Source: Pseudogymnoascus verrucosus
Lineage: Eukaryota
DNA: 64,000 nt
NCBI GenBank assembly: GCA_001662655.1
Contig: KV460221.1
Strand: one strand, 5' to 3'
Under the pieces are notes generated by a model that was not told the origin of the DNA, ran no database searches, and saw only the letters and a list, made by a program, of their open reading frames with translations. The position numbers and the translations under genes were made by a program. Of the stretch, positions 1 through 11,535 are shown in pieces; the first letter of the stretch is position 1; every line of letters begins with the position of its first letter.

Positions 1-245
1 GCGAGTGCCACGGCGTGGGCGGTGTAGGTGCGGGAACCGATTGCGGCGGCGAGAGAGGTGGCATCGTGCTGGGAGGTGATCTCAAGCTCGAGGGGCGTGA
101 GGATATAGGACCTGTGGGGGAAGGAGATCACAGATAGGGGTGCTGGATGCGGGACGGTTATGCGCCATTGGGGGGGGATGAGAGCGTTCTGCTTGGCCTT
201 TTTGCGCGTGGCAATAGCTTTATAGGGAGGATCCAGAGAGGACAT
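1..245 (-). CDS. Amidase (acetamidase/AmdS-like), 5' part; gene runs off the window edge
   Basis: Manual translation from ATG at 245: MSSLDPPYKAIATRKKAKQNALIPPQWRI...ILTPLELEITSQHDATSLAAAIGSRTYTAHAVALA. Open to the edge and typical of fungal amidase-signature N-termini. Not in the ORF track. Confidence 0.75.
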   Translation of the reverse strand, partial: MSSLDPPYKAIATRKKAKQNALIPPQWRITVPHPAPLSVISFPHRSYILTPLELEITSQHDATSLAAAIGSRTYTAHAVAL

Positions 246-819
246 TGCAAGAGACAGCTGATAGAGAAGTCTAGTGTGGAGGTGCCTTGAAGATGGAAAT
301 GAGGGAGGTTATAAGCTTACCACGGCACCTACACATGTCCTCTTGGCGAATTCTAGCCATGTCCAAATTGGTTCTAGGCCGTAGACGGCAATACCCCCCA
401 CTATCTAAAATTGCTCTCCATGACCATACCTCGTCGTAATTGACCACCGCGTCGGCATTTCGGGGCCGAACAAGTTCCGAGGTCCCGGGGTTCCCATCAT
501 TCATCTTACTAGGTCGTTTATCAAGTATCTTTCCACCTCTCTGTCTAGAAAATACTACTGCGTGCTATATACTGAAAACTCTGCATGCACTTAATTAGTC
601 CAGGGGATATAGTATACGGGGTGGCAGATTTTGATTTGACTATATTACTATGTACGTACTGAAAGAATCGATATGGCCTCTCAGTCACCTTAGGGGAATC
701 CTGTAGGCAGAATAGGTCTAAGCGAAATGGGCACCTGCTTTACGCCAGACGTTGGTGTTGCAGATTATAAAGTGCTTTCACTTTTGACCACAAGCTTTAG
801 TCATAATCGCACCTAAAAC

Positions 820-1190
820 AATGCTAGCACTAACGCAAACTAAATCCTCTAATCAAGAGGATAGAATACTTCTAGCTATCCAAGCTACCAAACAAGGCCA
901 TATTCAGGCCGACTTTGTCTGGCTAGCAACAGAGCAACCTACGACGTTTTTCAAACCGTTTCATGCCGTTCGACCGGACGGAAGGTAGGATAACTCATGT
1001 GCCAGTGCTATATCAAAAGTCAACTGAACGGTTACGAATACTTGTGATTGCCTTTCACTTGCTGTGGGCTGCGATTCGGCCGACATGCGGCTGTAGAACC
1101 TTATTGATCTACAAGATCGTCACCAAACTATGCAAATATGCCGTAAGCAGCTGGATCCGTAAGCAGCTGGATTACGAGGGTGATCTAAGC
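820..1190 (+). mobile_element. Degenerate pogo/Fot1 transposase N-terminal remnant
   Basis: Translates NQEDRILLAIQATKQGHIQ...ATYDV, like the HTH start of Fot1-type transposases; frameshifted. Confidence 0.5.
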
Positions 1191-1294
1191 TGAGCGAAAC
1201 ATAGAGGTGGCCAACCACAAGTGGCCCACGCGAGCTGAAGTCTCGTCCAAAGAGTCCACTCAAAAGCCACTATCCCGTTACGTTTGATTACAGA

Positions 1295-1582
1295 TCATTG
1301 ACGGGCTGTACGTAGGGAACTGGCGTTTACTTTGAATATTCGAGCTGCAGTAGTTGGCTTTTCGGAGGGGTTTTCGGACAGGAACTGGAGGGCGTCATCT
1401 CTTGGATTGGCAGATATTTCGTTTTCAGCTTGCATTGTATTCGTTATAATAGGGGTTGTGGTATTGACATTAAAGAACAAATCATTTGCATACAAAATTG
1501 TAGAGGAACCATTTCTCGGTTATGTACCTGACACGTCTCACTTTGCTTTCGCGTCTCACTTTGCTTTCGCCGACCACCCGTA
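1295..1582 (-). mobile_element. 5' end of a pogo/Fot1-like DNA transposon (terminus plus truncated transposase)
   Basis: Terminus TACGGGTGGTCG followed by two tandem GCGAAAGCAAAGTGAGAC repeats. ORF ALQFLSENPSEKPTTAARIFKVNASSLR resembles an HTH-psq domain. Confidence 0.55.
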
Positions 1583-2314
1583 GGTGGTCGGTGCGGACAC
1601 CGACGATTACATATCAAGATTTTCATTATGAAAGCACGGCCTATTTTCCGCAATACATCTCATCAATATTAAGTGCTGCGTTACAAAAGTACGGTCAGAT
1701 TTCCGCATCTTTCAGCGTTTTGTTATGACTGTTCAGTAATCACTAGAGTCGTTCATAGTTGTGGGATTCTCATTCCGTGCCTTGGATAGGGGTGGCGATG
1801 CCGCCAAGTGCCAACACCGGCGCCAAGCTCAGTATCGCCCGACAATGAAGGTGATACTGGGCACCACTCCTCTGATACTAGCTCAGGGGTAGAATATTAG
1901 ACTATATTGAGTAAGTAGGGGTTGCGATGGAGTACCGCTTAGCTAATCGGGGTCGTCCCGAAATTTTCGGCTGGCATCCCGAGGCCCTAATTGATTATTC
2001 CCTGAGCCGACTTCAAGGTACTCGCGCTAAGAACGAGGCTGTTTGTAATCCGGAGACATGGATGTTAAAGGCATAAATTTTGTTGGACGTGGCTGCCTTA
2101 TTCTCCACGTAAAGTTCCAATATTCTTGTGGGTCTCTGATCTGTGTCATGAGTACTTAAGACGGCTTGCGCGAGAGGCCTGAACTTCTGCGTCACCTCTA
2201 AGCGCTTCTACGATTCTTGCTACTAGAAGATAAACATCTGAGAAACAGGTACGTAAACCATTCAACCCGTGTGCGCTATGTCACAATTCTGCCCAAGCTA
2301 AAGGCTTAGCTAGG

Positions 2315-3803
2315 ATGAATGCCAACCCGTCACCCTCGGAGTACACGGTGCCAGCTCAAATAAATGGCATAGACGTCATATTGAAACGTGATTTCCAAGT
2401 ATCATCACCATCTACTGGTAAAGGCCTGTACTTGTGCAGCAGTGCCTCCCCTGAAGATGCAATTATCGCTGTCTCTGCCGCACAAGCTGCCTACACACTG
2501 TGGCGGTTTACTTTACCGGGAGCAAGACGAGATATTCTGCTGAGAGCTGCAGCGGCGATGGAGAGCAGGGCACAAGAGTTGGGGCAGTACATGATAGATG
2601 AAACAGGTTCGAGCTCATTTTGGGCCCAAGACTTCAACATTCCCCTCGCTGCCGACATCTTGCGTGACGTTGCAGGGCGTGTCAGCAACATTGTAGGGAT
2701 GGTGCCAACAACGAACGAAGTTGGACGCAGTTCTATTGTATTAAAAGAGCCGTATGGGGTTATTATGGCCGTTGCTCCATGGTATGTCTGGCTGCGCTCG
2801 AATAAAAATGTTCCTAATATACTAACTTTGAGACTACAGGAATGCCCCATACATCTTAGGAGTGCGATCGATTGCGTATGCTATTGCTGCTGGAAATACT
2901 GCAATATTAAAGGGGTCGGAGCTGTCTCCGCGCTGTTTCTGGGCCATCGGTGACATATTCCGTCAAGCCGGACTTCCGCCAGGGGTCCTTAATGTCATAA
3001 TACATAAGCCCAGCGACGCAGCAGCTGTCACAAGAGCTGTGATTCAAGATCCAAGGGTCAAGAAAATCAACTTCACTGGCAGCACATCAGTTGGTCGCAT
3101 AATTTCGGAGCTAGCAGGGCGACACCTAAAGCCCGTGCTATTGGAGCTAGGTGGGAAAGCTCCCGCTGTTGTCTGGAAAGACGCCGACCTCGAGTTAGCA
3201 GCGGAAGAGTGCGCAAAGGGAGCTTTCCTACACAGTGGGCAAGTCTGTATGGCTACAGAGCGGATCGTAGTCCATCGTGATGTTTTTGAAAGGTTTCACA
3301 ACATTTTGGCAGCAGCCACGCATAAATTGTTTCCGAAGGCCAAAGTTCTCATTAACAAAGCTAGCGTGGTGAAAAACAAATGGCTAGTCGAAGATGCTCT
3401 CAGCAAAGGAGCTAGAGTCTTATATGGGGATTTTGACTCTAAGTCAAGCGTGGATATGGGGCCTATTATCCTTGAGGGTGTGAAGGATGGGATGGGAATT
3501 TATCACACCGAGACCTTTGGGCCCGTCGTATTCCTCATTGCGATTGATACAGAGGAAGAAGCCCTTCGTATTGCGAACGATACTGAATATGGTCTTACTT
3601 CTGCTGTGTTCACCGAGGACCTGAGAACTGGGTTGAGATTTGCTAAAGGCATTGAGGCGGGAGCCTGCCACATCAATAGTATGACGGTACATGACGAGTC
3701 CTCACTACCTCACGGTGGCATGAAAGGGAGTGGCTACGGACGTTTTGGTTCTATTGGGCTGGACGAATGGCTTGTGACGAAAACCGTGACTTACAAGGAC
3801 TGA
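2315..3803 (+). CDS. Aryl-aldehyde dehydrogenase (salicylaldehyde/vanillin dehydrogenase-like ALDH)
   Basis: Two exons; intron 2782-2839 (GTATGT..CTAAC..CAG) restores PWNAP. Motifs FTGSTSVG, LELGGKAP, GQVCMATE, ETFGP, PHGGMKGSGYGRF. Confidence 0.93.
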
Positions 3804-3950
3804 AGGCTGTATAGTAATCCTTCCCGCGATGCAATTTTTGAAAGAAGACATCGCAATAGGCCCAGAAATAGCAGAGCAAGTCTGAAAGGAGCCTTGAATT
3901 CATAGAGTATATATTCTGGCTTGCTAAGATTCCACCTTAATAAGTCACTA

Positions 3951-4793
3951 TTAACAGGTATAGCCGCCATCAACTGCCATTGAGATGCCGTTGACCCATA
4001 TTGCATCGTCGCTTTCATAAACGACTGTCACACTGGCAATGTCTTATCCATGTCGCCGAGTCTGAATGGCGGCATTGACGACATCTTCTCCACGGACTCG
4101 TCTCTACTGATTCCTCTGATAGATTCTCTGTCATTGTGGTATCGGTAGCTTTCTTGCAATTGGTAGATTCGACAAAGCGTCCGAAGATCAACTCCGAAAC
4201 AAGTCAAATTACGTTAGAATAGATTTGATACGTTCCAAAAATTCAATGCGGCAGTCAGCGTCAGATTTACCACTAAATACGATGAAGTTCCATACCATCC
4301 AATTAGACCGAGAGTCGATGCAGCGTTGGTGAATCAGACTCTGAGGCCTGCATACTTGCAGGCAAGGAATACCCAAATTGCTTATCCGGTGTCTCCCAGA
4401 TCCAAAAGGCCGCGGTGATCGGTCCGAGCGCTATGCCAGCAGTTTTGAACATCCTGAGACCCATATTAAATGGGATTTCGCGAAGGCTGGACGCAAGCAG
4501 GGACAATTACTCAAACCTCAACTTTACTAAAGTCGTTCACAGCTGTCTGCAACAAACTCTTGAGCACGTTGGGAATCGCGAACATCGACATTGACGCTAA
4601 TGGTTCGACCGCATTTTTCATTGATCATGTTGTGCCGGCTTGTGCCCTTCCTTCTGTAGCAGGCCGTGACAGTGATTCAAATCAGCGGAAAACTAAATAT
4701 GTTCCCTTTGAGCATATCTTAGTTTATTACTCGACCAAGCCTGGATGATGCACCCGTCACAATGGCTATGTTCCCGTTCAGCCGCTGAGACAC
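3951..4793 (-). pseudogene. SDR pseudogene, paralog of the SDR at 29250-30281
   Basis: Remnants SQRLNGNIAIVTGASSRLGR, GIA..IWETPDKQF and WVNGISMAVDGGY match the intact copy. Start codon reads GTG; frameshifts and stops present. Confidence 0.85.
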
Positions 4794-5455
4794 TGTGCGC
4801 GCTCAGTGTCTATTTAGTTTTTGAGTTATCGTATGTGGCTTGGGAATTACGTCTGCACAAATGGAATGATGAGTATGTTATCAAATGAGATGTCGTTTTA
4901 TTCTGTGCCAGATCGAATGGTCCAACATTTGCCGTCGCTCTCCCCGCTCAGTTCCCAGAGAGTGGAGAAGGCAGCTTTGATCACCCCTTTCCTGACGCCA
5001 GAGTACATTATGCAATATTCCAGGGTCTCTAGACTAGTGCGTAACCCGAATGCGACGAAAATATTCCATCTGTGTGGTGCCTGTTGCTTCCTGTTTGCGG
5101 GAGAGGGCTACAGATTTCATTTCTGCCCCGGAAGACGTCTTTTTCAATGACCAATTGCATCACAGAACGCCTGCTATACTATTTAACAAGGGCATCGCGA
5201 AGAATAAAGATGTAGACGTTTGGAGTTACTACCAGATCACGCTCGGCGAATTTTAGAGAGTGTTGGAGATGGGCATTTTAGGGGATAGAGCATATGGTCC
5301 TGTAGTGTTTATCCAAGGTATTGCAGTTATCTGAATTAATATAGATATTGCGCAGCATTATTCGCTTAATTTGGTTTATTACTGGGAAATATATATGCAT
5401 TACTAGATACTTCGCAGAGAGCGTAAATTGAAGCTGAGTCACATATTCATTGACA

Positions 5456-6470
5456 CTACTTCCCGTAGTACTGTTTCAGTCTCGGCCATAGCTCTAGAGA
5501 TCCATCAGTGTTAATCTCTTGCAGAAGACCTTTATTCTTGTACTCGAAAGCATCCAAACCATCCGTGTGATAAGTGATGATGCCAGGTCCAGCGTAAGGA
5601 TAGTCACTGCCGTACAACACATGGCCTGGCTTTGCAAACTTTTCCAGAATTGTGAGAACATTCTCGCTGCCAGCGACAGCTGTATCATAGTAAAAGTTTC
5701 GCGCCTCCTCTATGACATCTTCAGTGCAAAAGTCTTTGGACAAGTACGGCAAGACTGTTGCAGGGCGGCCAATGATGTATGGAAGAGTTCCTCCGCCGTG
5801 GGAAAGGATTATCTTGACGTCTGGAAAATCTCGAACAGTTCTTGATGCGAGGAGATCAACGGCCGTACGAGTGGTCTCGAAAGGGTAGTCGATTACCGGT
5901 TGAGGAAGTAACTTGCTGATTAAGTTGGTGTCTACCGGATGAGTTGGGTGGACGAAAACGACAGTCTTTCGCTTTGACACCTCTTCCCACGCGTACCTTA
6001 AATCAGGATGGCCTAGATAATGGTTGTCCGGACCATACCGTGTAAAAAAGGTAACTCCATCGGCCTTAAGCACGTCCAGTGCATATGACAACTCCCGGAG
6101 AGCGAGCTCTTTGTCGAGCAGTGAAGGCAGGGCGGCAAGAAACCCGTACTGGGAGGGGTTGTCATCTCGCATCTTGGCAGCATACTCGTTGGCATCTCGG
6201 GCAAGCTTTGCGGAGGCTTCTCCCTTGAGGATGCACGCTCCAGGGGCCGTAAGTGAGAGAATTGTGGTCGATACACCGTATTTCTTCATGAATTCTCTGT
6301 CGGACTCCTTCGACCACTGCGGGATCTCCCACCCTGAGGGATCTCCGCCTGCACCGAGCACAGCTATTTAAGCTTAGAGGAACCCTCTGTATGAGTTATA
6401 GAGAGAATTGCTCACCATCGCGGTAGAACTGCGGGACGAAGTGGTGATGAACATCCACGCGATTAGCCAT
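5456..6470 (-). CDS. Amidohydrolase-2 family decarboxylase (6-methylsalicylate decarboxylase PatG/YanB-like)
   Basis: Exon 1 MANRVDVHHHFVPQFYRD (HxH metal motif); intron 6364-6415. Exon 2 has VFVHP, DYPFETTR, ILSHGGGTLPY and LYGSDYPY. Confidence 0.9.
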
Positions 6471-6746
6471 TGCGGATGGAAGACAAAAGGGGCGTGAATA
6501 TGTCAAGGCTTTGCGAGAGGGCTGTAATTATCAGTTGAGCTCAATATTTATTTATTATTCAAATGTGTTGTTATTTTGAATGAATCACAATATATATAGA
6601 TTTCTGAGGCTCGTTCTGTTCGCAGGTCCCACGTAATTGAAAATAGAACGCTCTACACCTTGCATGCCGCCGACAAGTCCGCGCCCCACGGGGAAAACGA
6701 TATCCAAGTGCGGGGATGGAGCTATCCAGAAGACCGGAACAGACAC

Positions 6747-6819
6747 GCTACCGAATTTAAGATTTCGGGTTGCAAACCTTGTGGAACCGGGTGCATTCCG
6801 ACATCTTAAATTCGGTAGC
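6747..6819. repeat. Inverted repeat in the decarboxylase promoter
   Basis: GCTACCGAATTTAAGAT (6747-6763) and its exact reverse complement (6803-6819); the stem extends imperfectly inward. Confidence 0.85.
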
Positions 6820-7775
6820 CTCTCTCATGGTGGCCTAGATGGAAAGCATCCCATTGGCCAGCCCTGGACACCTACGGTCGATTCTAAATTGTGAGCTATC
6901 ATGCAAGACAAAAGTGAGACATGTGGGGATTACCACTAATAAAGTTACGGATTTCTCCCGCTGGCGCAGATCCTTCAATTCGAACCTGATACCTATCTCC
7001 GCAATAGCCAGTTTATGCCTTCCGACTGGACCTGGTGGAATCAGTGGCCTAGCTAGCCTCACCATCCCCACACAAACAATATGTAGTCAGAGATTGGTCC
7101 GTCGTCAATCGCTACAATGGTATTTGAGAACCTAAGCCAGTTCGGTACAGCAGCTAATGGGATATCACGCTGTGGAAGTAGTATTTGTCCATCACAAGAG
7201 GGTATTCTGTTGCTTACGCTCACGAGTAAATGGCTCAAAGCAAAAGTGTAGGCAATCCTAGGCACGCTGACAAAGTGCCGTAGAGTGGTACCTCGGTCCG
7301 GACGGCTGTCGCCAGCCAGTTTGTATGGTAGCAAAAATGCGGGGTAAGTACCTACCCTAACTATTCGTACGTTGCCGCAGAGAAAAAAAAGCAGGAGTAG
7401 AATCGCACCCGTAAGGGCCCATTGAATCAAGTGATAATGCATAGTAGATAAAGGTAGCTAATCTAACTATTCTATAGACTGTAGGCCTCTACCCCTGATC
7501 TAATCTTAGAGTAGGAGTGCTAAAGCTCGCCATCCTGGCCGCGGTCCAGCGGGTCTCATCACCGCGCACAGTGTGAGAATTCAACAAAAAGCTACACAAA
7601 CCCATCGGTTCTCATCACCGCAGCGTGCATATTTGATAGCTTTCACCTGGATATTATCTCTTGTTTTATGGGCTGATTAAGTTCAATCCGCATTTTCTCA
7701 GTCATCAATCATTGATTGTATTTATCAGGTGACATAGACAACCTTTATGGTCAAATCTGCGTGCAGAGATATATA

Positions 7776-8672
7776 TGTTCCGGCCCAACCGTAAGATCTG
7801 CCAGCTCGCGAACGGGCCGGCCCAACCATGAAGTGGCGGGGTTGTGTAGAATAGTATCGTATTGTAGAAAATTCAAATCCTATATCCTACAACTATAGTA
7901 ATTATGGCTACTATTGCATGTATTAATCCATTTCCACACGATATACGTAGTGCTTTTAAGGCCTATATAAGCAGTCCTACTTACTACAATCGAGAGCTAT
8001 AGCAGCTACTCAAAGAGCAAGGGTTTCTATGGTACGCAAGTATACTAAGAAGCATGATATCCAACACTTTGATATTGGATCTATAGTCTCTATAAAGGTC
8101 CCTCGCGAGGATAGAACTTCAACTAATAATAAGAGGCTCTTTGCACGCATTCTAGAAGAGCCTTACCCTCACAGATATCAGGTTCTTACATACTCTAGTA
8201 TTATACAACGCCTTATCCCTACGAAATCACTTGGAGTTGTAGAGCAAGCTCTATGGTCTGATATACTAATACCTCTTTCTACAAAGCAAGTAACGTTAGG
8301 GCTTGCAGCTAGAGAGGCTTCTACAAGCGCACGGGTTGTAATATCATGTCAATGTAAGGGTCAATGTAGTACAAAGAGGTGCCGTTGTTATAAGGAAGCA
8401 AAGGAGTGTAGCGTACACTGTCCTAATGACGACCATGACTGTGGCAATTTATCAGGTCTAGCTACTCGTACAGAAATAGCTCTAGTTGAGAGGCCTCGTT
8501 GGAAACTAGCACGGGCAGACAAAGCAGGAAACGTAGCTATATAGATCAATTGATTACTCCTACTTCTAATTACTCATACTCGCGAGTTGGCCGACCAGCT
8601 CGCGAACGGCCCGGCCCAACCGTAAGATCTGCCAGCTCGCGAGCTGGCAGATCTTACGGTTGGGCCGGAACA
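7776..8672 (+). mobile_element. Non-autonomous Ginger2/TDD-like DNA transposon (internally deleted)
   Basis: 36-bp TIRs TGTTCCGGCCCAACCGTAAGATCTGCCAGCTCGCGA (7776-7811 and 8637-8672), TGT..ACA ends, TATA on both sides. ORF 8029-8544 resembles KRBA2/Ginger2 transposase C-termini (FDIGSIVSIKVPREDR; CQCKGQCSTKRCRC..CSVHC). Confidence 0.75.
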
Positions 8673-8736
8673 TATATTATAGGGAAACAAGACTGGAAAG
8701 TTATATAAGCTTAAGACTATATTTTATCATACCATC

Positions 8737-9660
8737 CTATGGCCTCGCATCACCATGGCCAACGTCTACCGTCGCCGTCAAAACGATACACCTTGTCCGC
8801 CTCTCCACCATGGCCGTAAACAAGTCATCCCCCTTGGGAGTAATGTTTGCTAACATGAAGAGTGTTTTGCCATCATCTCCTCCAAGAGTACAAGCAGTCG
8901 CATGCCCATCAACCTTAATCATGTGCGTAAACATGCCTTTCTCCGGGTCCCTCCTCGCAAATACCTCATCGGCTAGCAAACTCAGCCACATCCCGTTATC
9001 TTTATCCATGCAGAAACCATCTACACTAGAAAATTTCTCAGATTGCGTCCCCCTAAGACGCGCCCATTCAGTTGCGTCCCAGACCTCCTGTCGATTCGTT
9101 AATTCCCCTGATTCAGAGAGGTTGAATTTATTTATCCGGTATGCGAATGTTTCTGCAATATAAAGGGATGTCCCTTCCCGGTCAATCGTAACTCCGTTTG
9201 GGAAGACCAAATTCTCGGCCGCTACCTTAACGCTACGGTCCGTGTCGACCACAAGGAGGCGGCCAGGACATGGTTTTTCTCCATGCAGGACTCGCGCACC
9301 TGTATCGTCGATAAAAACTCGACCGGCGGCGTCAATAACCATATCTCCGCAGTAGCCCGTCATCAAGCTAGACAAGTCGGCAAATAGTTCTATCTGGCCA
9401 TTGTAGTAGCGATAGAGTTTGGCGTCGAACATAGAAGAGTAAATCAGAGAGCCGTCTGGCATGAAGCACATTCCGTTAGGCTGGTTTGGGACCTCGAGAA
9501 AAACCTCCAGCTTTCCAGATAGGTCGAGGGCATAGATCTTCTGCCCAATCATGTCGGCAAAGAAGAGCTTTCCATTGTGCCAGCGGGGTGCTTCACCAAA
9601 ATAGAGGCCGGCTGATTCTGGGACGAGTATCTTAGGGGAAATTTCATGTAGGAGAGCCAT
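8737..9660 (-). CDS. SMP-30/gluconolactonase/LRE family beta-propeller lactonase
   Basis: Intronless 307 aa; FGEAPRW, PNG, FPNGVTI, DGFCMDKDNGMW motifs. Confidence 0.9.
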   Translation of the reverse strand: MALLHEISPKILVPESAGLYFGEAPRWHNGKLFFADMIGQKIYALDLSGKLEVFLEVPNQPNGMCFMPDGSLIYSSMFDAKLYRYYNGQIELFADLSSLMTGYCGDMVIDAAGRVFIDDTGARVLHGEKPCPGRLLVVDTDRSVKVAAENLVFPNGVTIDREGTSLYIAETFAYRINKFNLSESGELTNRQEVWDATEWARLRGTQSEKFSSVDGFCMDKDNGMWLSLLADEVFARRDPEKGMFTHMIKVDGHATACTLGGDDGKTLFMLANITPKGDDLFTAMVERRTRCIVLTATVDVGHGDARP

Positions 9661-10258
9661 TGTTTTTAGAATATGCCGTGTAGAAGAAGATCTAGTCGAG
9701 GGTTTAGATAGTATAGTCTCGCTATAAACTGCCCTGCTTTATGATCTTTATTCTGCATATCTAAACCCCGCACGAAGAGCTTCCGGTTTTCTGGGTTTAC
9801 AGGGGACATTTGTGGCGGCTTATAAATCAATCATAGCCCGAGACTCGGAAACTTTGATAAGTGACCATCGATCCTCGGAACCAGTCCCGAGATCACAACC
9901 CACACCCCTCACTTTCGAAACTGAACCCTGTACGTGCTACGCGCTAACTTTTGCTCGTGGTAAGCTGTAACTTTAGCACAGTTTCAATCCAGAACGCCCT
10001 TACAGGACTGTGCGCAGGGAATTTGGCCTCGTACATCAAAATTTTCCCGAAAGGTATTTTTCTATCCGGGGATGTTCACCCTTACCCAAATAGAAGCGCT
10101 GCCAACCCACGTATTTACAGCAGCTTCTTAGCAGGCTTTACGGGATCCTGGATATCTGTATATCCATACACCAGGACTTACCAACAGACCGTAAAATTCA
10201 AGTTTTTTTTTCAACCCGTATTCGAAGAATTATCGTTCAACGGACACTTTTTCTCATC

Positions 10259-11218
10259 ATGGCTCAGACTAGCAGGAAAGACGGCAGTAATAACTGGCGC
10301 TGGATCAGGAATTAACCTCTCCTTTGCTCAGCTTCCGTTACAGAAAGGGTGCAACGTGCTCTTCGCCGATCTAGCTCTTCGTCCCGAAGCCAAGTCACCC
10401 ATCTCCCAATATGCATCAGCCTCCTCGGGCCAGGGACGCGCTGTGTTTCTGCAAACAGATGTGAAAGAGTGGCCTCGCCTATCTCGGATGTTTGAAACTG
10501 CGAATGAAGAATTCAACGGCGCTGATATTGTGTTTCCCGGCGCTGGGGTGTTTGAACCAGTGAGCTCTTTGTTTCCGTCTTAAAGTCGGTAAAACAACCG
10601 ATACTAACCGCTTGTTGTCCTTCTCTAATTTCTGGTACCCTCCTGGTTTCCCACCATCTCAGGACAGTGTCGATCGATCCCGCTACGCAACCTTAGACAT
10701 CAACATATAACACCCAATCCGCGTGACACAGCTCGCCATCTCAAAGGCCAGGCTCAATCATCCACGTGTCTAGCATAGCGGGTCAAGAACTTTTCTTCCC
10801 ATGTCCATTATGCTCTGCATAAAAGCATGCCATAAACGGCTTTATGCGCTGTCTAGCCTCCCTGGAGCGTCCATCCCCCGATTTAAGCCTACCAGTTATT
10901 CGCGTGGTGGCTGTGGCCCCGGGTGTAGTGAAAACGGCTCTTTGGTTAGACAACCAAGAGAAGATGAAATTGGTTGGAGAGGCGACAGAGGAATGGGCCA
11001 CGCCGGAGATGGTGGCCAGGGTTATGGTGGAATTAGTGGAAAAGGATGAGTATGAGGGCGGAACGGTGCTAGAGGTTGGAAAAAGAGGGCAAACAAGGAG
11101 AGTGCAGGTGCATATGGATCCAGGTCCGAGTGGAGGAGAGTACACTCCACTTAACCAGCTAGAAGAGAGCAGAGATATCTGGAGGAGGTTAATACAAGAC
11201 GGAGCTGTTAGTGCTTAG
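10259..11218 (+). pseudogene. SDR pseudogene (15-hydroxyprostaglandin dehydrogenase-like)
   Basis: TGAGSGIN Rossmann motif is out of frame with the ATG at 10259. In-frame stops (INI*HPIRVTQ), and catalytic YxxxK reads CSA*K. Confidence 0.8.
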
Positions 11219-11535
11219 GTGATTTAGCAGATAAATTTTGCAGATATGAAATACTTCAACGTTCGGGAGGAGTATTAGATTAAACAGTACGTTAGTTATA
11301 TTCTAGCTCCCGCGCGGCTTTCGATGCTTTGCACCCGTGAAGCGAGAATGGAGCGCTATGAGTGGTTACGATAAGTTCTCCGATTCCATGCCCGTGGGAG
11401 CTGAGGCAGAAGAGGCACTTGACTCGAAGAGTGCTCGCAGACCAACAAAGCACCGATGCTGTTGGAAGTGCTTCCATTTTTAGTAATATAAGGTTATTGT
11501 TATAACCTTAGGAAACAGAAGCTCACTTACTGTAC

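Noticed and set aside
7130..7640. TpA-rich stretch and repeated TCTCATCACCGC
   Set aside because: Probably transposon debris, but no family or partner end could be identified.
11292..11477. Small ORF with CxxC..H motif
   Set aside because: Too short; likely a gene fragment beside the LINE tail, with no assignable function.
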